From Candidatus Omnitrophota bacterium (GTDB taxonomy: Bacteria > Omnitrophota > Gorgyraeia > JAHJTE01): a DNA stretch of 64,000 nt. Position numbers and translations under genes: made by a program. Positions 8,916 through 19,040 of the stretch are shown piece after piece. How positions within the stretch are numbered: the first letter of the stretch is position 1; every line of letters begins with the position of its first letter. Where the stretch lies: NCBI GenBank assembly GCA_018830005.1, contig JAHJTE010000001.1, forward strand, positions 1,332 through 65,331. Reading direction: 5' to 3'. The notes under the pieces were generated by a model. It saw nothing but the letters and a program-made list of their open reading frames with translations. It was not told the origin of the DNA and did not search any database.

Positions 8916-10487
8916 CTATTTAGCGTATTCTATGGCCCTTGTCTCTCTGATGACCGTAACCTTGACTTGACCTGGATATTCCATGCCCTCTTCTATTTTC
9001 TTGCGGATATCGCGAGCTAAAATCACGACATCAGAATCCTTAATCTTTTCTGGCTGAACAATAATCCTAACTTCTCGTCCAGCCTGAATAGCAAATGCCT
9101 TTTCTACGCCACTAAACAAATTAGCAATCGCCTCCAATTTCTCAAGGCGTTTAATATAAGTCTCAAGGGTTTCTCGGCGCGCACCAGGTCTTGCAGCGCT
9201 GATTGCGTCTGCAGCCGCAGCCAAGACTGAATAGAAAGAATTTAGCTCTACCTCTTCATGATGTGCGGCAATTGCACTAACCACATCCGGAGATTCGCCG
9301 TATTTCCTCGCAAGATCTGCGCCAATACCAGCATGGGTACCCTCTACATCCTGATCAATTGCCTTGCCGATATCATGAAGCAGGCCAATCTTACGTGCCA
9401 GTTTAAAATCTGCCCTTAATTCCGAGGCCATAACCCCCATAAGATAGGCGACCTCTTTAGAATGTTGCAAGGCGTTCTGGCCAAAGCTAGTACGATATTT
9501 CAATCTTCCGAGTAGTTTGATAATTTCAGGGTGTAGGCCGTGTACGCCAATATCAAAAGCAGCACGTTCGCCTTCTTCCCTGATGTTAACCTCCATTTCC
9601 TTCTTAACCTTATCCACCACCTCTTCAATCCTACCAGGATGAATGCGACCATCAACTATAAGTTTTTCTAAAGAAATACGAGCAATCTCCCTGCGTACAA
9701 CGTCAAAACCAGATAGTATCACTGCCTCTGGAGTATCATCAATAATAACGTCTATTCCAGTGGCCATTTCTAGGGCGCGGATATTTCGTCCTTCGCGGCC
9801 GATAATCCTACCCTTCATCTCATCGTTGGGCAGAGGGACAACGCTTACGGTAGATTCGCTTGTGTGATCTACAGACGTACGCTGGATAGATAAGGCTATT
9901 ATCTCCTGCGCCTTTTTAACCGCAGTCTCCCTAATCTGATCTTCCATATTCTTTATCAGTACGGCCTTTTCTACATTCAGTTCTTGCTCCATACGTGAAA
10001 GTAGCAGTTCTTTCGCCTGCTGAGGAGACAGAGAAGAGATTCTCTGCAGCATACCTTTTTCTTCGGCAATCAAAGATTCTAGATGCTGGGCTTTCTTGCT
10101 TAGATTGTCCTCTAAGGTATTAATGCTGTTCTGCTTATTTGCAATATCCTTTTCTTTTCTCTCCAGTAACTCTACACGCCTATCAAGGTTCTCTTCTTTC
10201 TGCAGCATTCTTTTTTCCATGTTGCTTAATTCCTGACGGCGTTCTTTGTTCTCGTTTTCAAAATCCATTCGTAAGCGGTAAAGTAAATCTTTGGATTCGA
10301 GCTGGGCTTCTTTATGAATATTAGAAGCCTTCTGCTTTGCTTCCTCCATTAACTGATTAGTCTTTTCGCGAGTGATGTTTAATCTGCGCTTGAGAAAAAA
10401 ACTAGAAATCAGATAACCTCCATAGGTGCTTACAACGATTATGGCCAAGGCCATAATCAATAGCATGATATTATTTGAACCTTCCAT
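8916..10487 (-). CDS. rny: Ribonuclease Y
   Basis: 523 aa with an N-terminal transmembrane helix, a coiled-coil, a KH domain ([22 protein letters not shown]) and an HD domain (LLHDIGKA). Confidence 0.9.
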   Translation of the reverse strand: MEGSNNIMLLIMALAIIVVSTYGGYLISSFFLKRRLNITREKTNQLMEEAKQKASNIHKEAQLESKDLLYRLRMDFENENKERRQELSNMEKRMLQKEENLDRRVELLERKEKDIANKQNSINTLEDNLSKKAQHLESLIAEEKGMLQRISSLSPQQAKELLLSRMEQELNVEKAVLIKNMEDQIRETAVKKAQEIIALSIQRTSVDHTSESTVSVVPLPNDEMKGRIIGREGRNIRALEMATGIDVIIDDTPEAVILSGFDVVRREIARISLEKLIVDGRIHPGRIEEVVDKVKKEMEVNIREEGERAAFDIGVHGLHPEIIKLLGRLKYRTSFGQNALQHSKEVAYLMGVMASELRADFKLARKIGLLHDIGKAIDQDVEGTHAGIGADLARKYGESPDVVSAIAAHHEEVELNSFYSVLAAAADAISAARPGARRETLETYIKRLEKLEAIANLFSGVEKAFAIQAGREVRIIVQPEKIKDSDVVILARDIRKKIEEGMEYPGQVKVTVIRETRAIEYAK

Positions 10488-10611
10488 GATTTATTTTTCC
10501 TCCACTTATTAGCAAAATTGCTACATAAACTTTGCCAAAAATTCATTATATTACTTAAGACAACATAAATCAAGACTGCTAGCTGCAATCTTTAATCTTA
10601 CTATCTTTTGA

Positions 10612-11163
10612 TTATGCGCTGATTACTCTTTCTACTGGGAGGTCACAAGAGGTATGAGGCAGAGAAGAGACGATTTGAAAATCAAAGCAGACTCCAGCTG
10701 TATAAGTATTCTTAGATAGATTTTTCAAAAAACGGTCATAATAACCTTGACCTCTGCCTAATCTAAGACCTGAACGGTCAAAAGCAAGACCGGGAACAAC
10801 AACGAAGTCTAAATCTTTTTTTGGAATAGACCGAGAACAATCAAGTCTTGGCTGTGGACTACCAAATCTGCTTTCTTGCAATGAATTGCATAGACCTTTG
10901 ATTGCTCGCGGAATCAATCTCTTCTTATTTTCTGCTATGAATGGCAGGCCAACGACCTTACCTTTCTTAATTGCCTCTTTAATCATCTTATATGTATCTA
11001 CCTCACCAGCAAAAGATGCATAAAACATAACCGTCTTTGCACTCCTAAATCTTTTGAGCGCAAATAACTTATGCATAATCATTCTACTTTTTTTAAGTCT
11101 TAAAACCTCCTTCTGGTTTTTAAGCTTTTTTAGCATTATTTTTCTTACTGTTTTCTTGGTCAT
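10612..11163 (-). CDS. 5-formyltetrahydrofolate cyclo-ligase
   Basis: 183 aa; GRGQGYYDRFL (the GxGxGYYDR motif) and LDFVVVPGLAFD. The start is ambiguous: this ORF overlaps iscU by 44 nt, and an internal Met at 11082 would remove the overlap. Confidence 0.7.
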   Translation of the reverse strand: MTKKTVRKIMLKKLKNQKEVLRLKKSRMIMHKLFALKRFRSAKTVMFYASFAGEVDTYKMIKEAIKKGKVVGLPFIAENKKRLIPRAIKGLCNSLQESRFGSPQPRLDCSRSIPKKDLDFVVVPGLAFDRSGLRLGRGQGYYDRFLKNLSKNTYTAGVCFDFQIVSSLPHTSCDLPVERVISA

Positions 11164-11539
11164 TATTCGCTTCTCTTTTACGATAATCAGTAATTGCTGA
11201 CTTTAATGCCTCCTCGGCTAATACAGAGCAGTGCATCTTAATCTGTGGCAGACCTCCTAAGGCCTCGGCTACAGCCTTGTTGGAAATCTTTAGCGCCTCC
11301 TCTATTGTCTTTCCTTTAATTAATTCAGTAACCATTGAACTTGTAGCAATCGCGGCACCACAGCCATACGTTTTAAACTTTGCATCGCTAATTACGCCGT
11401 CTTCTACTTTAATATATAATCTTAAGATGTCCCCGCAGACGGGATTACCGACATTACCTATGCCACTGGCATCAGGTATCTCACCCACATTGCGCGGGTG
11501 AAGAAAATGCTCCATTACTTTTTCGCTGTATGCTTCCAT
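11120..11539 (-). CDS. iscU: Fe-S cluster assembly scaffold IscU/NifU
   Basis: 139 aa; contains GNPVCGDILRL, YGCGAAIA and MHCSVLAEEAL, the three conserved cysteines of the scaffold. Confidence 0.8.
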   Translation of the reverse strand: MEAYSEKVMEHFLHPRNVGEIPDASGIGNVGNPVCGDILRLYIKVEDGVISDAKFKTYGCGAAIATSSMVTELIKGKTIEEALKISNKAVAEALGGLPQIKMHCSVLAEEALKSAITDYRKREANNDQENSKKNNAKKA

Positions 11540-12192
11540 TACTGCTCCAACTTTAGTTTGTGGGGTTTAATGCTTTGTGAATGATCTTTAGGGTCTTGTA
11601 TCTGCCTAAACTTACCCAGATTTTTGTGTTTCTCTGCCTCTTTATAAATTAGGACCCAGGCGCAATCCTGATCTTTATCTACTTCGCACTTACCTTTATC
11701 CATACCGCCGCAAGGACCGTTAAGCAGGCCCTTTGCACAACGCGTAACCGGACAAATCCCTCCTGTTATATCCAGGACACACTCGCCGCAATGCGAACAA
11801 TATTCATTAAATTCACCTTTGGCATTTACAGTAGCAGCAAAGAGGGTGTCACAGCCAGGTAAAACTGGCTTATCCCAGCGGTCATTTTCCTTTACTGACT
11901 GCACTCCTGAGCCGCAAGAGAGAACCAACATTGCATCAGCCTCTTCTATCGCCTTCCTGTTTTTAGCAAAGGGGACCTTTACCTGCGCGGCAACACAAGG
12001 AGATTCAGAAACAACTGTCCCGGTTATTAGCTTGCCGGCTTTTTCCAAAGCAGGCTTAATCTTGGCAACCTCCTCTTCTCCGCCGCTTTTACAGGTCGTA
12101 GAACATGTACCGCAACCAACAATAAATATCTTGCTATAAGGGCTTAATATCTTTAGGATTTCTTCAAATGGTTTTTGTTTACTGATTATCAT
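11539..12192 (-). CDS. Cys-rich protein resembling the methylenetetrahydrofolate reductase C-terminal domain (MetV-like)
   Basis: 217 aa; GCGTCSTTC, CSHCGECVLD...GICPV and the NGPCGG motif. Adjacent to 5-formyltetrahydrofolate cyclo-ligase, a folate-metabolism gene. Confidence 0.4.
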   Translation of the reverse strand: MIISKQKPFEEILKILSPYSKIFIVGCGTCSTTCKSGGEEEVAKIKPALEKAGKLITGTVVSESPCVAAQVKVPFAKNRKAIEEADAMLVLSCGSGVQSVKENDRWDKPVLPGCDTLFAATVNAKGEFNEYCSHCGECVLDITGGICPVTRCAKGLLNGPCGGMDKGKCEVDKDQDCAWVLIYKEAEKHKNLGKFRQIQDPKDHSQSIKPHKLKLEQ

Positions 12193-13516
12193 GCGCCCTT
12201 AATTCCTCCAGCCACTTCTTTATCTTGGCCTCATAACCCATGCTTGTCGGAATATAATATCTTTTCTTTTTGGGTATATATTTTTGCTTTACGTAATGTT
12301 TATCGTAATCATGGGCATATTTATAATCCTTACCATGTCCTAATTTCTCTGCCCCAGGATAGCTAGAATCGCGCAAATGCGCAGGTACTTCCAGAGTGCG
12401 TCCGGATTTAACGTCCTGGAGTGCATTCTCAATACCCATATAGGAAGCGTTTGATTTTGGCGAGCAGGCTATGAAAACTGCAGCCTGAGCCAGGGCAATC
12501 CTTGCCTCAGGCATACCAATGTATTCTAGAATATCTCTTGCTGCATTTGCCAGGACTAATGCCTGAGGTTGAGCATTACCAACATCCTCAGCAGCACAAA
12601 TACAGATTCTTCTGGCAATAAAACGCGCATCCTCTCCGGCATAAATCATCTTTGCTAACCAATAAAGCGTTGCATCTGGGTCAGAACCACGCATTGATTT
12701 GATAAATGCCGAGATAGTATCATAATGATTATCACCGTCGCGGTCATAGACAACAGCCTTTTTCTGAATTGACTCCTCGATAACTGAAAGTGTTAATCTA
12801 ATACAGCCTGATTTATCCTGCTCGGTTGTCAAGGCTGCTATCTCAATGGCATTAAGACAACGCCGCGCATCGCCATCTGCGACCTTGCAAAGAAAACTAC
12901 AGGCTGGTTCATCCAATACTATGTCTAATTTTCCCAGGCCACGTTGTTTATCCTTCAATGCCTTATTTATAATCTCCCTTAATTCCTCCTCGGTCAAAGG
13001 ATTAAGACTAAAAATATGCGAACGAGATAAAAGCGGACTGTTGAGAGAAAAGAAAGGATTCTCTACTGTGACCCCGATTAAGATGACCGTCTCATCCTCC
13101 ACAAAAGGATTTAAGACGTCCTGCTGTTGCTTATTGAAATGATGAAGCTCGTCGATAAAAAGGATTGTCCTTCTGCCGCTATTCCTCTTTCTGAGTTTTG
13201 CGCTTTCAGTAATCTTGCGCAGTTGATTAATGTTAGAGGTAACGGCATTGATCTGTTCGAAGTGGGCTTGTGTCTGAGAGCTTATGCAGAAGGCGAGAGA
13301 GGTCTTGCCTGTACCAGGTGGGCCATATAAAATAATCGAACTTAAACGATCTGCCTCAATACAACGCCGCAGGAGTCTACCAGAAGCCAGGATATGCTTC
13401 TGACCTACAAACTCCGTTAATTTACGCGGCCGCATTCTTGCAGCTAGAGGCCTATCGTAATCGGCATCCTTGGTATTTCTATCTATAAAAAAATCAAAAG
13501 TCTCTTTCTTTCTCAT
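12179..13516 (-). CDS. rarA: Replication-associated recombination protein A (AAA+ ATPase)
   Basis: 445 aa; Walker A GPPGTGKTS, Walker B ILFIDELH, and the C-terminal MgsA domains. Confidence 0.85.
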   Translation of the reverse strand: MRKKETFDFFIDRNTKDADYDRPLAARMRPRKLTEFVGQKHILASGRLLRRCIEADRLSSIILYGPPGTGKTSLAFCISSQTQAHFEQINAVTSNINQLRKITESAKLRKRNSGRRTILFIDELHHFNKQQQDVLNPFVEDETVILIGVTVENPFFSLNSPLLSRSHIFSLNPLTEEELREIINKALKDKQRGLGKLDIVLDEPACSFLCKVADGDARRCLNAIEIAALTTEQDKSGCIRLTLSVIEESIQKKAVVYDRDGDNHYDTISAFIKSMRGSDPDATLYWLAKMIYAGEDARFIARRICICAAEDVGNAQPQALVLANAARDILEYIGMPEARIALAQAAVFIACSPKSNASYMGIENALQDVKSGRTLEVPAHLRDSSYPGAEKLGHGKDYKYAHDYDKHYVKQKYIPKKKRYYIPTSMGYEAKIKKWLEELRAHDNQ

Positions 13517-13790
13517 ATGTCAATTTACCCTTGCGGGTAAAGAAGCACATCAACTTATGTACACGACAAAAAACCCCGCTTGTGTCGTCGGATAGGATGA
13601 TGTGAACCGGTCTTCCTAAACGTGGGTGCCATCTCATCTGCCCACAAGCAAGATGAAGTAAAGCTCCCTGGAAAGTTGTGTTGGTTCTACAAATATCAAG
13701 TCTATCCGGCGAACACTGCAGGGAATCTTTCAATCATCTTTAGTATAACATGCGGCCAACTAAATTGCAAGGGAAACTGCTTTTTAGCTT

Positions 13791-15878
13791 CTATCTTATT
13801 TGAGCAGAAAATCTATCCGTAAGCAAATCCTTTACTTTCTCCAGCGCGGCATTTATCTCCTCCTCTTTCAAGGTGCGATCAAAGGCTGCAAATTTAAGAG
13901 AAAAGGATAGGCTGCGAGAACCTTTCGGAATATTGGCTCCCCTGTATTCATCAAAGAGCAAAATCTCCTTCAAAATCGGTATATCTTTTTTTAGGATTTC
14001 ATCCTTTATTGTTTTTATGCGAACTCCCTTCTCTATAATAATGCTTATGTCTCTGGCAGCAGTAGGAAAAACAGAGAATTTAGTAAAACTCTTGCCTAGA
14101 TTGGAGATGGCCAGTAGCTTATCCAACCCTATCAGGGCTAGGAATACGTTCTTCTTGCGGATTCCCCACTTCTTTAATGTAAGATCCTCTACTTTGCCAA
14201 AATGACCTATGCTGCTGCCTTGACAGCTAACCCCTATACCTATGCCATTCTCATAGGGCGTTAATGCTTGCGGGGAAAAATCCAGCCTGGCTATATCAAT
14301 TCCTAAACGCAGGAAACAAGTCTCCAGGATACCTTTTATATCAAAAAGCGAGAAGTCTGCTTTCTCCTTTAGACAGGCCTGGCGATACCAATCATCTATT
14401 TTCTTTCCTGCTGCCAGAATCCCCATCTCTTGAGACTCCTCTATCTTACTGCTTGTGTCTTTAAAAACAGCTCCCATCTCAAAAATATTTACATCATCTA
14501 TCGAGCGATTAAAATTATACGCTGCTACATCTAGGAGTCCGGCTAAAAGACTGAGCCGTAAAACCTCCTGCTCTTTGCTTAAAGGATTTTCGATTCTTAC
14601 TATTTCTTTGCCATCTACGGATAAGATACTGGCCTTGGCCTCACTCTCCAGACTATAAGAAATGACTTCAAAAAATCCAGAGGCACAAAGAGTACGCTTG
14701 ATAACTCTTTTGCACTCATCCAGAAATACACTCTCCCTCTGCTGCGGCTTGGCTATAATTGCAGGTAATGTCAAGCCTATATTATCGTATCCTGAGATAC
14801 GTACGATCTCTTCAATTACATCTTCTTGACCTTCTATGTCCTTTCGAAAATCCGGCGCCTTTATCGTGAGTCTTGACTTAGATTGTGTCTTTACGCTAAA
14901 CTCCAATCTTTTTAAAATCTTTACAATCGTCTCTTTTGCCAAATCCGTGCCGAGAAGTTTATTGACATAAAGACAATCTAATTTTAAAGTTACCTCTTTG
15001 TTTTTTGGTTTTGCAGCAGCCGCTGCAAAGATACGTGAGCACCTAGCCTTGGGTGATGTCTTTAGGATTAAATCGGCAACGCGCTCCTGTGCCTTAGAAA
15101 CGCCGCAAAGATTTACATCACGCTCGAACCTATAGGAAGATTCAGTGTTTAGGCCTAATTTCTGGCGGCTAGTTCTTATGGTTATGGGATCAAAATATGC
15201 GCTTTCAAGAAGCAGTCTCTTTGTAGAACTATCTACCTCTGAGTCTTTTCCGCCCATAACACCGGCAATAGCAATAGGGCCTAATCTATCAGCAATAACA
15301 AGGATCTCACAAGATAGCTGGCGCGTTTCTCCATCAATCGTTACTATCTTCTCATCCTTCTTGGCGCGGCGCACAATTATCTCTATCGGCATCTTGCATC
15401 TATTAAGGATCTTATCCAAATCAAAGGCATGCAAAGGCTGACCCATCTCGAGTAATACATAATTTGTAATATCTACAATGCTATTAACGCCTCTTAGGCC
15501 AATAACGCCCAGGCGATTCAGCATGTGGCAGGATGAGGTCTTAACCAAGGCATTATCAATAACCCTGGCTGTATACAGGGGGCAGTCTTTTTTGTTTTCG
15601 ATTTTAACAGATACCTGATCTGACTTCTCTCGCCTTATGTCTTTAATGCTTGGCAGTCTTAGCTTCTTGTCATAAATAGCAGCAACTTCTCGGGCTATGC
15701 CGATATGGCTTAAGCAATCAGGGCGATTTGAGGTAACCTCGATATCTAAGACCCAATCATCGCCAGTTTTTCTGTAATCAGTTACCTCAAGTCCAGCCAT
15801 AGTTAATTTATGGGCCAGTTTATCAACGGGTTGTTTTATTACGATGTAATCTTTTAACCAATTATAGGATATCTTCAT
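13791..15878 (-). CDS. pheT: Phenylalanyl-tRNA synthetase beta subunit
   Basis: 695 aa; B3/B4, B5 and catalytic-like domains. Directly downstream of pheS. Confidence 0.9.
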   Translation of the reverse strand: MKISYNWLKDYIVIKQPVDKLAHKLTMAGLEVTDYRKTGDDWVLDIEVTSNRPDCLSHIGIAREVAAIYDKKLRLPSIKDIRREKSDQVSVKIENKKDCPLYTARVIDNALVKTSSCHMLNRLGVIGLRGVNSIVDITNYVLLEMGQPLHAFDLDKILNRCKMPIEIIVRRAKKDEKIVTIDGETRQLSCEILVIADRLGPIAIAGVMGGKDSEVDSSTKRLLLESAYFDPITIRTSRQKLGLNTESSYRFERDVNLCGVSKAQERVADLILKTSPKARCSRIFAAAAAKPKNKEVTLKLDCLYVNKLLGTDLAKETIVKILKRLEFSVKTQSKSRLTIKAPDFRKDIEGQEDVIEEIVRISGYDNIGLTLPAIIAKPQQRESVFLDECKRVIKRTLCASGFFEVISYSLESEAKASILSVDGKEIVRIENPLSKEQEVLRLSLLAGLLDVAAYNFNRSIDDVNIFEMGAVFKDTSSKIEESQEMGILAAGKKIDDWYRQACLKEKADFSLFDIKGILETCFLRLGIDIARLDFSPQALTPYENGIGIGVSCQGSSIGHFGKVEDLTLKKWGIRKKNVFLALIGLDKLLAISNLGKSFTKFSVFPTAARDISIIIEKGVRIKTIKDEILKKDIPILKEILLFDEYRGANIPKGSRSLSFSLKFAAFDRTLKEEEINAALEKVKDLLTDRFSAQIR

Positions 15879-15884
15879 ATTAAA

Positions 15885-16907
15885 TCAGAATTGCTCCAAA
15901 AATCGTAAATCGTTTTCAAAGAATAGACGGATATCGCCTATGCCACACTTTAGCATCGCAATACGCTCAATCCCCATGCCAAAGGCAAATCCTCTATAGC
16001 GTCCTGCTGGGTAGCCGACGTGTTTAAATACATTAGGATGAATCATCCCTGCCCCTAAAACTTCAAGCCAACCTTTTCCGCCACAGACACTACAGTGACC
16101 TTTTTTACTACTACATATTATGCAGGATATATCTACCTCTGCCGATGGTTCGGTAAATGGGAAAAAATGCGGCCGAAAGCGCATCTTTATATCCGGGCCG
16201 AATAGTTCCTTGGCAAATAAATCTAATACACCCTTTAGATCAGAAAATCTTATATCAGTGGAAACGACAAAGCCCTCGATCTGATGAAACATAAAAGAAT
16301 GAGAGGCGTCTGTTGCATCTGGGCGGTATACCTTTCCTGGGACCACCACAGCCAAAGGTGGTGCGCAGTTTTTCATTACCCTTATCTGCACAGGTGAAGT
16401 GTGACTGCGCAGCAGTAATCTCTCTTGTGTCTTTAAATAGAACGTGTCGAATGCATCTCGGGAAGGATGATTTAAGGGGATGTTCAAACCAGTAAAATTA
16501 TTAAATTCTGTCTCAACCTCAGGACCCTCTACAACCTCAAACCCCATTTTTTCAAAAATAGCACAGGTATTATCTATGGTTTGATTTATTATGTGTTCTT
16601 TGCCCAGCCGCGTCTTAATGCCATCAGCAGTGAAATCAATATCGCCACAGGCAAGAATTGGCTTTTTCTTAAGTTGTCTTGATTTATTATCAGCCTCTCG
16701 CGTGATATCTGCCTTTAACTTGTTTAGGGCCTTACCAAATTGCGGTCTTTCTTGAGTAGAAACAGATTTTATATTCTTAAAATACTCAGGCAACAACCCC
16801 TTGCGGCTAAGATACTTTACCTTGAGCTTATCAAGCTCCTCAACCGTGGCTGCATTTTCAATCTCTTTCAGCGCCTGTTCCTGAATATGCTTAAGATCAG
16901 CAAACAT
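15885..16907 (-). CDS. pheS: Phenylalanyl-tRNA synthetase alpha subunit
   Basis: 340 aa; class II motifs (FRPHFFPFTEP, GFAFGMGIERIAM). Confidence 0.9.
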   Translation of the reverse strand: MFADLKHIQEQALKEIENAATVEELDKLKVKYLSRKGLLPEYFKNIKSVSTQERPQFGKALNKLKADITREADNKSRQLKKKPILACGDIDFTADGIKTRLGKEHIINQTIDNTCAIFEKMGFEVVEGPEVETEFNNFTGLNIPLNHPSRDAFDTFYLKTQERLLLRSHTSPVQIRVMKNCAPPLAVVVPGKVYRPDATDASHSFMFHQIEGFVVSTDIRFSDLKGVLDLFAKELFGPDIKMRFRPHFFPFTEPSAEVDISCIICSSKKGHCSVCGGKGWLEVLGAGMIHPNVFKHVGYPAGRYRGFAFGMGIERIAMLKCGIGDIRLFFENDLRFLEQF

Positions 16908-17362
16908 AATACCCCCAGGCTCAGATATAGAGCCAGTCTTTTTCTCTCGGGATTTATCTTCTCTGGTAAAAATTTGCCCTTTTCTATTGTTGCTAAATTT
17001 TGAGCATGTATATCAAGATCGCCACCGTGCGCCTTGCATCTGACATTGAATATACCTTGAATCTCAATATAATCGCCCCGCACTCCGTGGGTCCCGACAA
17101 AGCGAATGAGCGGTTTAAGCCTTACTGGTGCCCAGATGCCAATAGCAGTGTCGCAAGTATGGTCTAATATATTTATCCAGAAGAAATTGCCTCTTACCAT
17201 TATATCGCCAACTGCCTCGCCCTGATAGACGATTGCCTTACCGTCATAATCTTGACTATTTTCAATCAAGTCCTTTGCGCTTACCACATCCTGGGCAAGG
17301 ATATTCTTAGGTTGCAGGCACAAAAAACTTAAGGCAATCAAAATGATACATAACTTATTCAT
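16868..17362 (-). CDS. Secreted/anchored hypothetical protein: signal peptide plus a C-terminal hydrophobic helix followed by RNRR
   Basis: 164 aa; the N-terminal MNKLCIILIALSFLCLQPKNILAQD is signal-peptide-like, and the C-terminal LALYLSLGVLCLLILSIFRNRR resembles a sorting or anchor signal. Confidence 0.35.
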   Translation of the reverse strand: MNKLCIILIALSFLCLQPKNILAQDVVSAKDLIENSQDYDGKAIVYQGEAVGDIMVRGNFFWINILDHTCDTAIGIWAPVRLKPLIRFVGTHGVRGDYIEIQGIFNVRCKAHGGDLDIHAQNLATIEKGKFLPEKINPERKRLALYLSLGVLCLLILSIFRNRR

Positions 17363-18865
17363 CTACTTTCCTTTTATGGCTGAAACAATAAAGCCGATCA
17401 AAACAAAAACTGACATAAATTCAAGCCGCCCTATCCACATCTGAAAAATGTATACAATCTTTAACGCCTGCGGCATTGTCGGCGAGGTAATGCCGCATGA
17501 AAGACCGACATTTGCTGCAGCTGAGGTAGACTCAAAAAGAGAAGACAATAAAGAATAACCCATAAACATCCCCATCAAGGATCCGAAAGAATATAGAAAA
17601 AGAAATGCCAAGAAAATAGTTAAGGCTGATCTAACGTGTTTCTCCTCCAGGATCATGTCTTTTATGTGGTGTATTTTGCCAACTACAATAGCACGTTCGC
17701 TCAAGAGTATGCTCTTTATATCCTGGACAAGCGCCTTAAAAAGCACTCCGATTCTCAAAAGTTTTATTCCTCCGGTAGTAGAACAAACACAGCCTCCTAT
17801 GGCCATAGCAACGATAAGACCTACCAAGGCTAAAGAGTTCCAACTAGCTACCATCTGCTGCGGATAAAGATTAGTATGACCTGTGCCTGTGTGGGCGGAA
17901 AATACCTGAAAGAAACCCCTGCGCATGAGCATAACAGCGTTAGGATAGATATTAAGCCGATGAAGGGCAAGGGCAGTTATAAAGAAAGCAATGCTTAAGG
18001 TTACAATAAACGTAATTATCTCTATATTCCTGCGTAATTCCTTGCGATCCCCGGTCCAGATAGTATGATGTAGTTTGAAATTTAATGCTCCCAGAAACAT
18101 CAAGAAAATACTGACAAGCTCAAAAAGCGGGCTGTGATAATAAAGCATGTTCTGCGATTGAGGGCTAAATCCTCCTGTGTCAAAGGCTGCCATGAAAATG
18201 CAAGAGCCATGAAAAAATGCCCTGCCCCAAGACAGGCCCTCAAACTTTCCCACCAAAGACAATACTATTGTACCGATAATAAAATAGACAATGCTTACCA
18301 GCCAGATGAAACGCGCTGTCTGGATTATATTTGGCAGGATCTTCTCCTCTCTTGCCTCCCCCACATACATCTTTAAGGCGCCGGAGAAGCCTTTTAAGAG
18401 AAAGGCTAAAACAACAACCACGATCCCCTGCCCGCCAATAAACATAATCAAATGCCGCCATAGGTTTACAGAAAGCGGCAGATGGTCTAAATCCGTAACC
18501 AAAACTAATCCTGTAGTCGCAAATCCGCTCATGGCATCAAAACATGCATCTAGAAAGGAGCGCCAGTGGCCGCTTAAATAAAAAGGAATTGCGCCAAAGA
18601 CCATAGCCAGCAACCAAGATAAGGCAACCACAATCATACCCTGCGTCCAATTAAGATCTTTTCCAGTCCGGCATAAAATAGTCATGCTAAGACCGACGAT
18701 CAAGGCCAAGGATGCAGCTATTAAAAAATCGAATCCAGCAGGATTCTCCCCTAAGCATAAAGCAACAATAAGCGGGATGAACATCACCAGACCTAAACCG
18801 ATAGCGATTTTGCCGATAAAAAATGCGATTATTTGTAAATCTTCTCTTTGTGGTTTAAGAATCAT
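17363..18865 (-). CDS. trkH: TrkH/KtrB-family K+ transporter membrane subunit
   Basis: 500 aa, polytopic; repeated selectivity-filter-like motifs (SGFATTG, FDTGGFS, TGHTN, STTGGIK). Confidence 0.8.
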   Translation of the reverse strand: MILKPQREDLQIIAFFIGKIAIGLGLVMFIPLIVALCLGENPAGFDFLIAASLALIVGLSMTILCRTGKDLNWTQGMIVVALSWLLAMVFGAIPFYLSGHWRSFLDACFDAMSGFATTGLVLVTDLDHLPLSVNLWRHLIMFIGGQGIVVVVLAFLLKGFSGALKMYVGEAREEKILPNIIQTARFIWLVSIVYFIIGTIVLSLVGKFEGLSWGRAFFHGSCIFMAAFDTGGFSPQSQNMLYYHSPLFELVSIFLMFLGALNFKLHHTIWTGDRKELRRNIEIITFIVTLSIAFFITALALHRLNIYPNAVMLMRRGFFQVFSAHTGTGHTNLYPQQMVASWNSLALVGLIVAMAIGGCVCSTTGGIKLLRIGVLFKALVQDIKSILLSERAIVVGKIHHIKDMILEEKHVRSALTIFLAFLFLYSFGSLMGMFMGYSLLSSLFESTSAAANVGLSCGITSPTMPQALKIVYIFQMWIGRLEFMSVFVLIGFIVSAIKGK

Positions 18866-18917
18866 AGATTGGCTTTATATATATTTTAAACCTCTTACTT
18901 ACATAGCATACAGCGGG

Positions 18918-19040
18918 CTAACGAGGCAAATGAACAATAATCAAACTTAACAGAAATGCGAAAATAAAAATATAAGCAGCAAAGCTTAACTCCGCAATTA
19001 TTCCTAAGACGGCCTTCTTAAATGGAATGAGTAATTTCAT
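18918..19040 (-). CDS. Candidate 40-aa single-transmembrane peptide between trkA and trkH
   Basis: MKLLIPFKKAVLGIIAELSFAAYIFIFAFLLSLIIVHLPR. Its ATG overlaps the trkA stop (ATGA). Below the ORF-track length cutoff. Confidence 0.25.
   Translation of the reverse strand: MKLLIPFKKAVLGIIAELSFAAYIFIFAFLLSLIIVHLPR

Noticed and set aside
13494-13733. 79-aa minus-strand ORF in the pheT-rarA gap
   Set aside because: It overlaps the rarA 5' end, has no RBS context, and its composition (Cys/His/Arg-rich) is not protein-like. More likely non-coding leader or small RNA.
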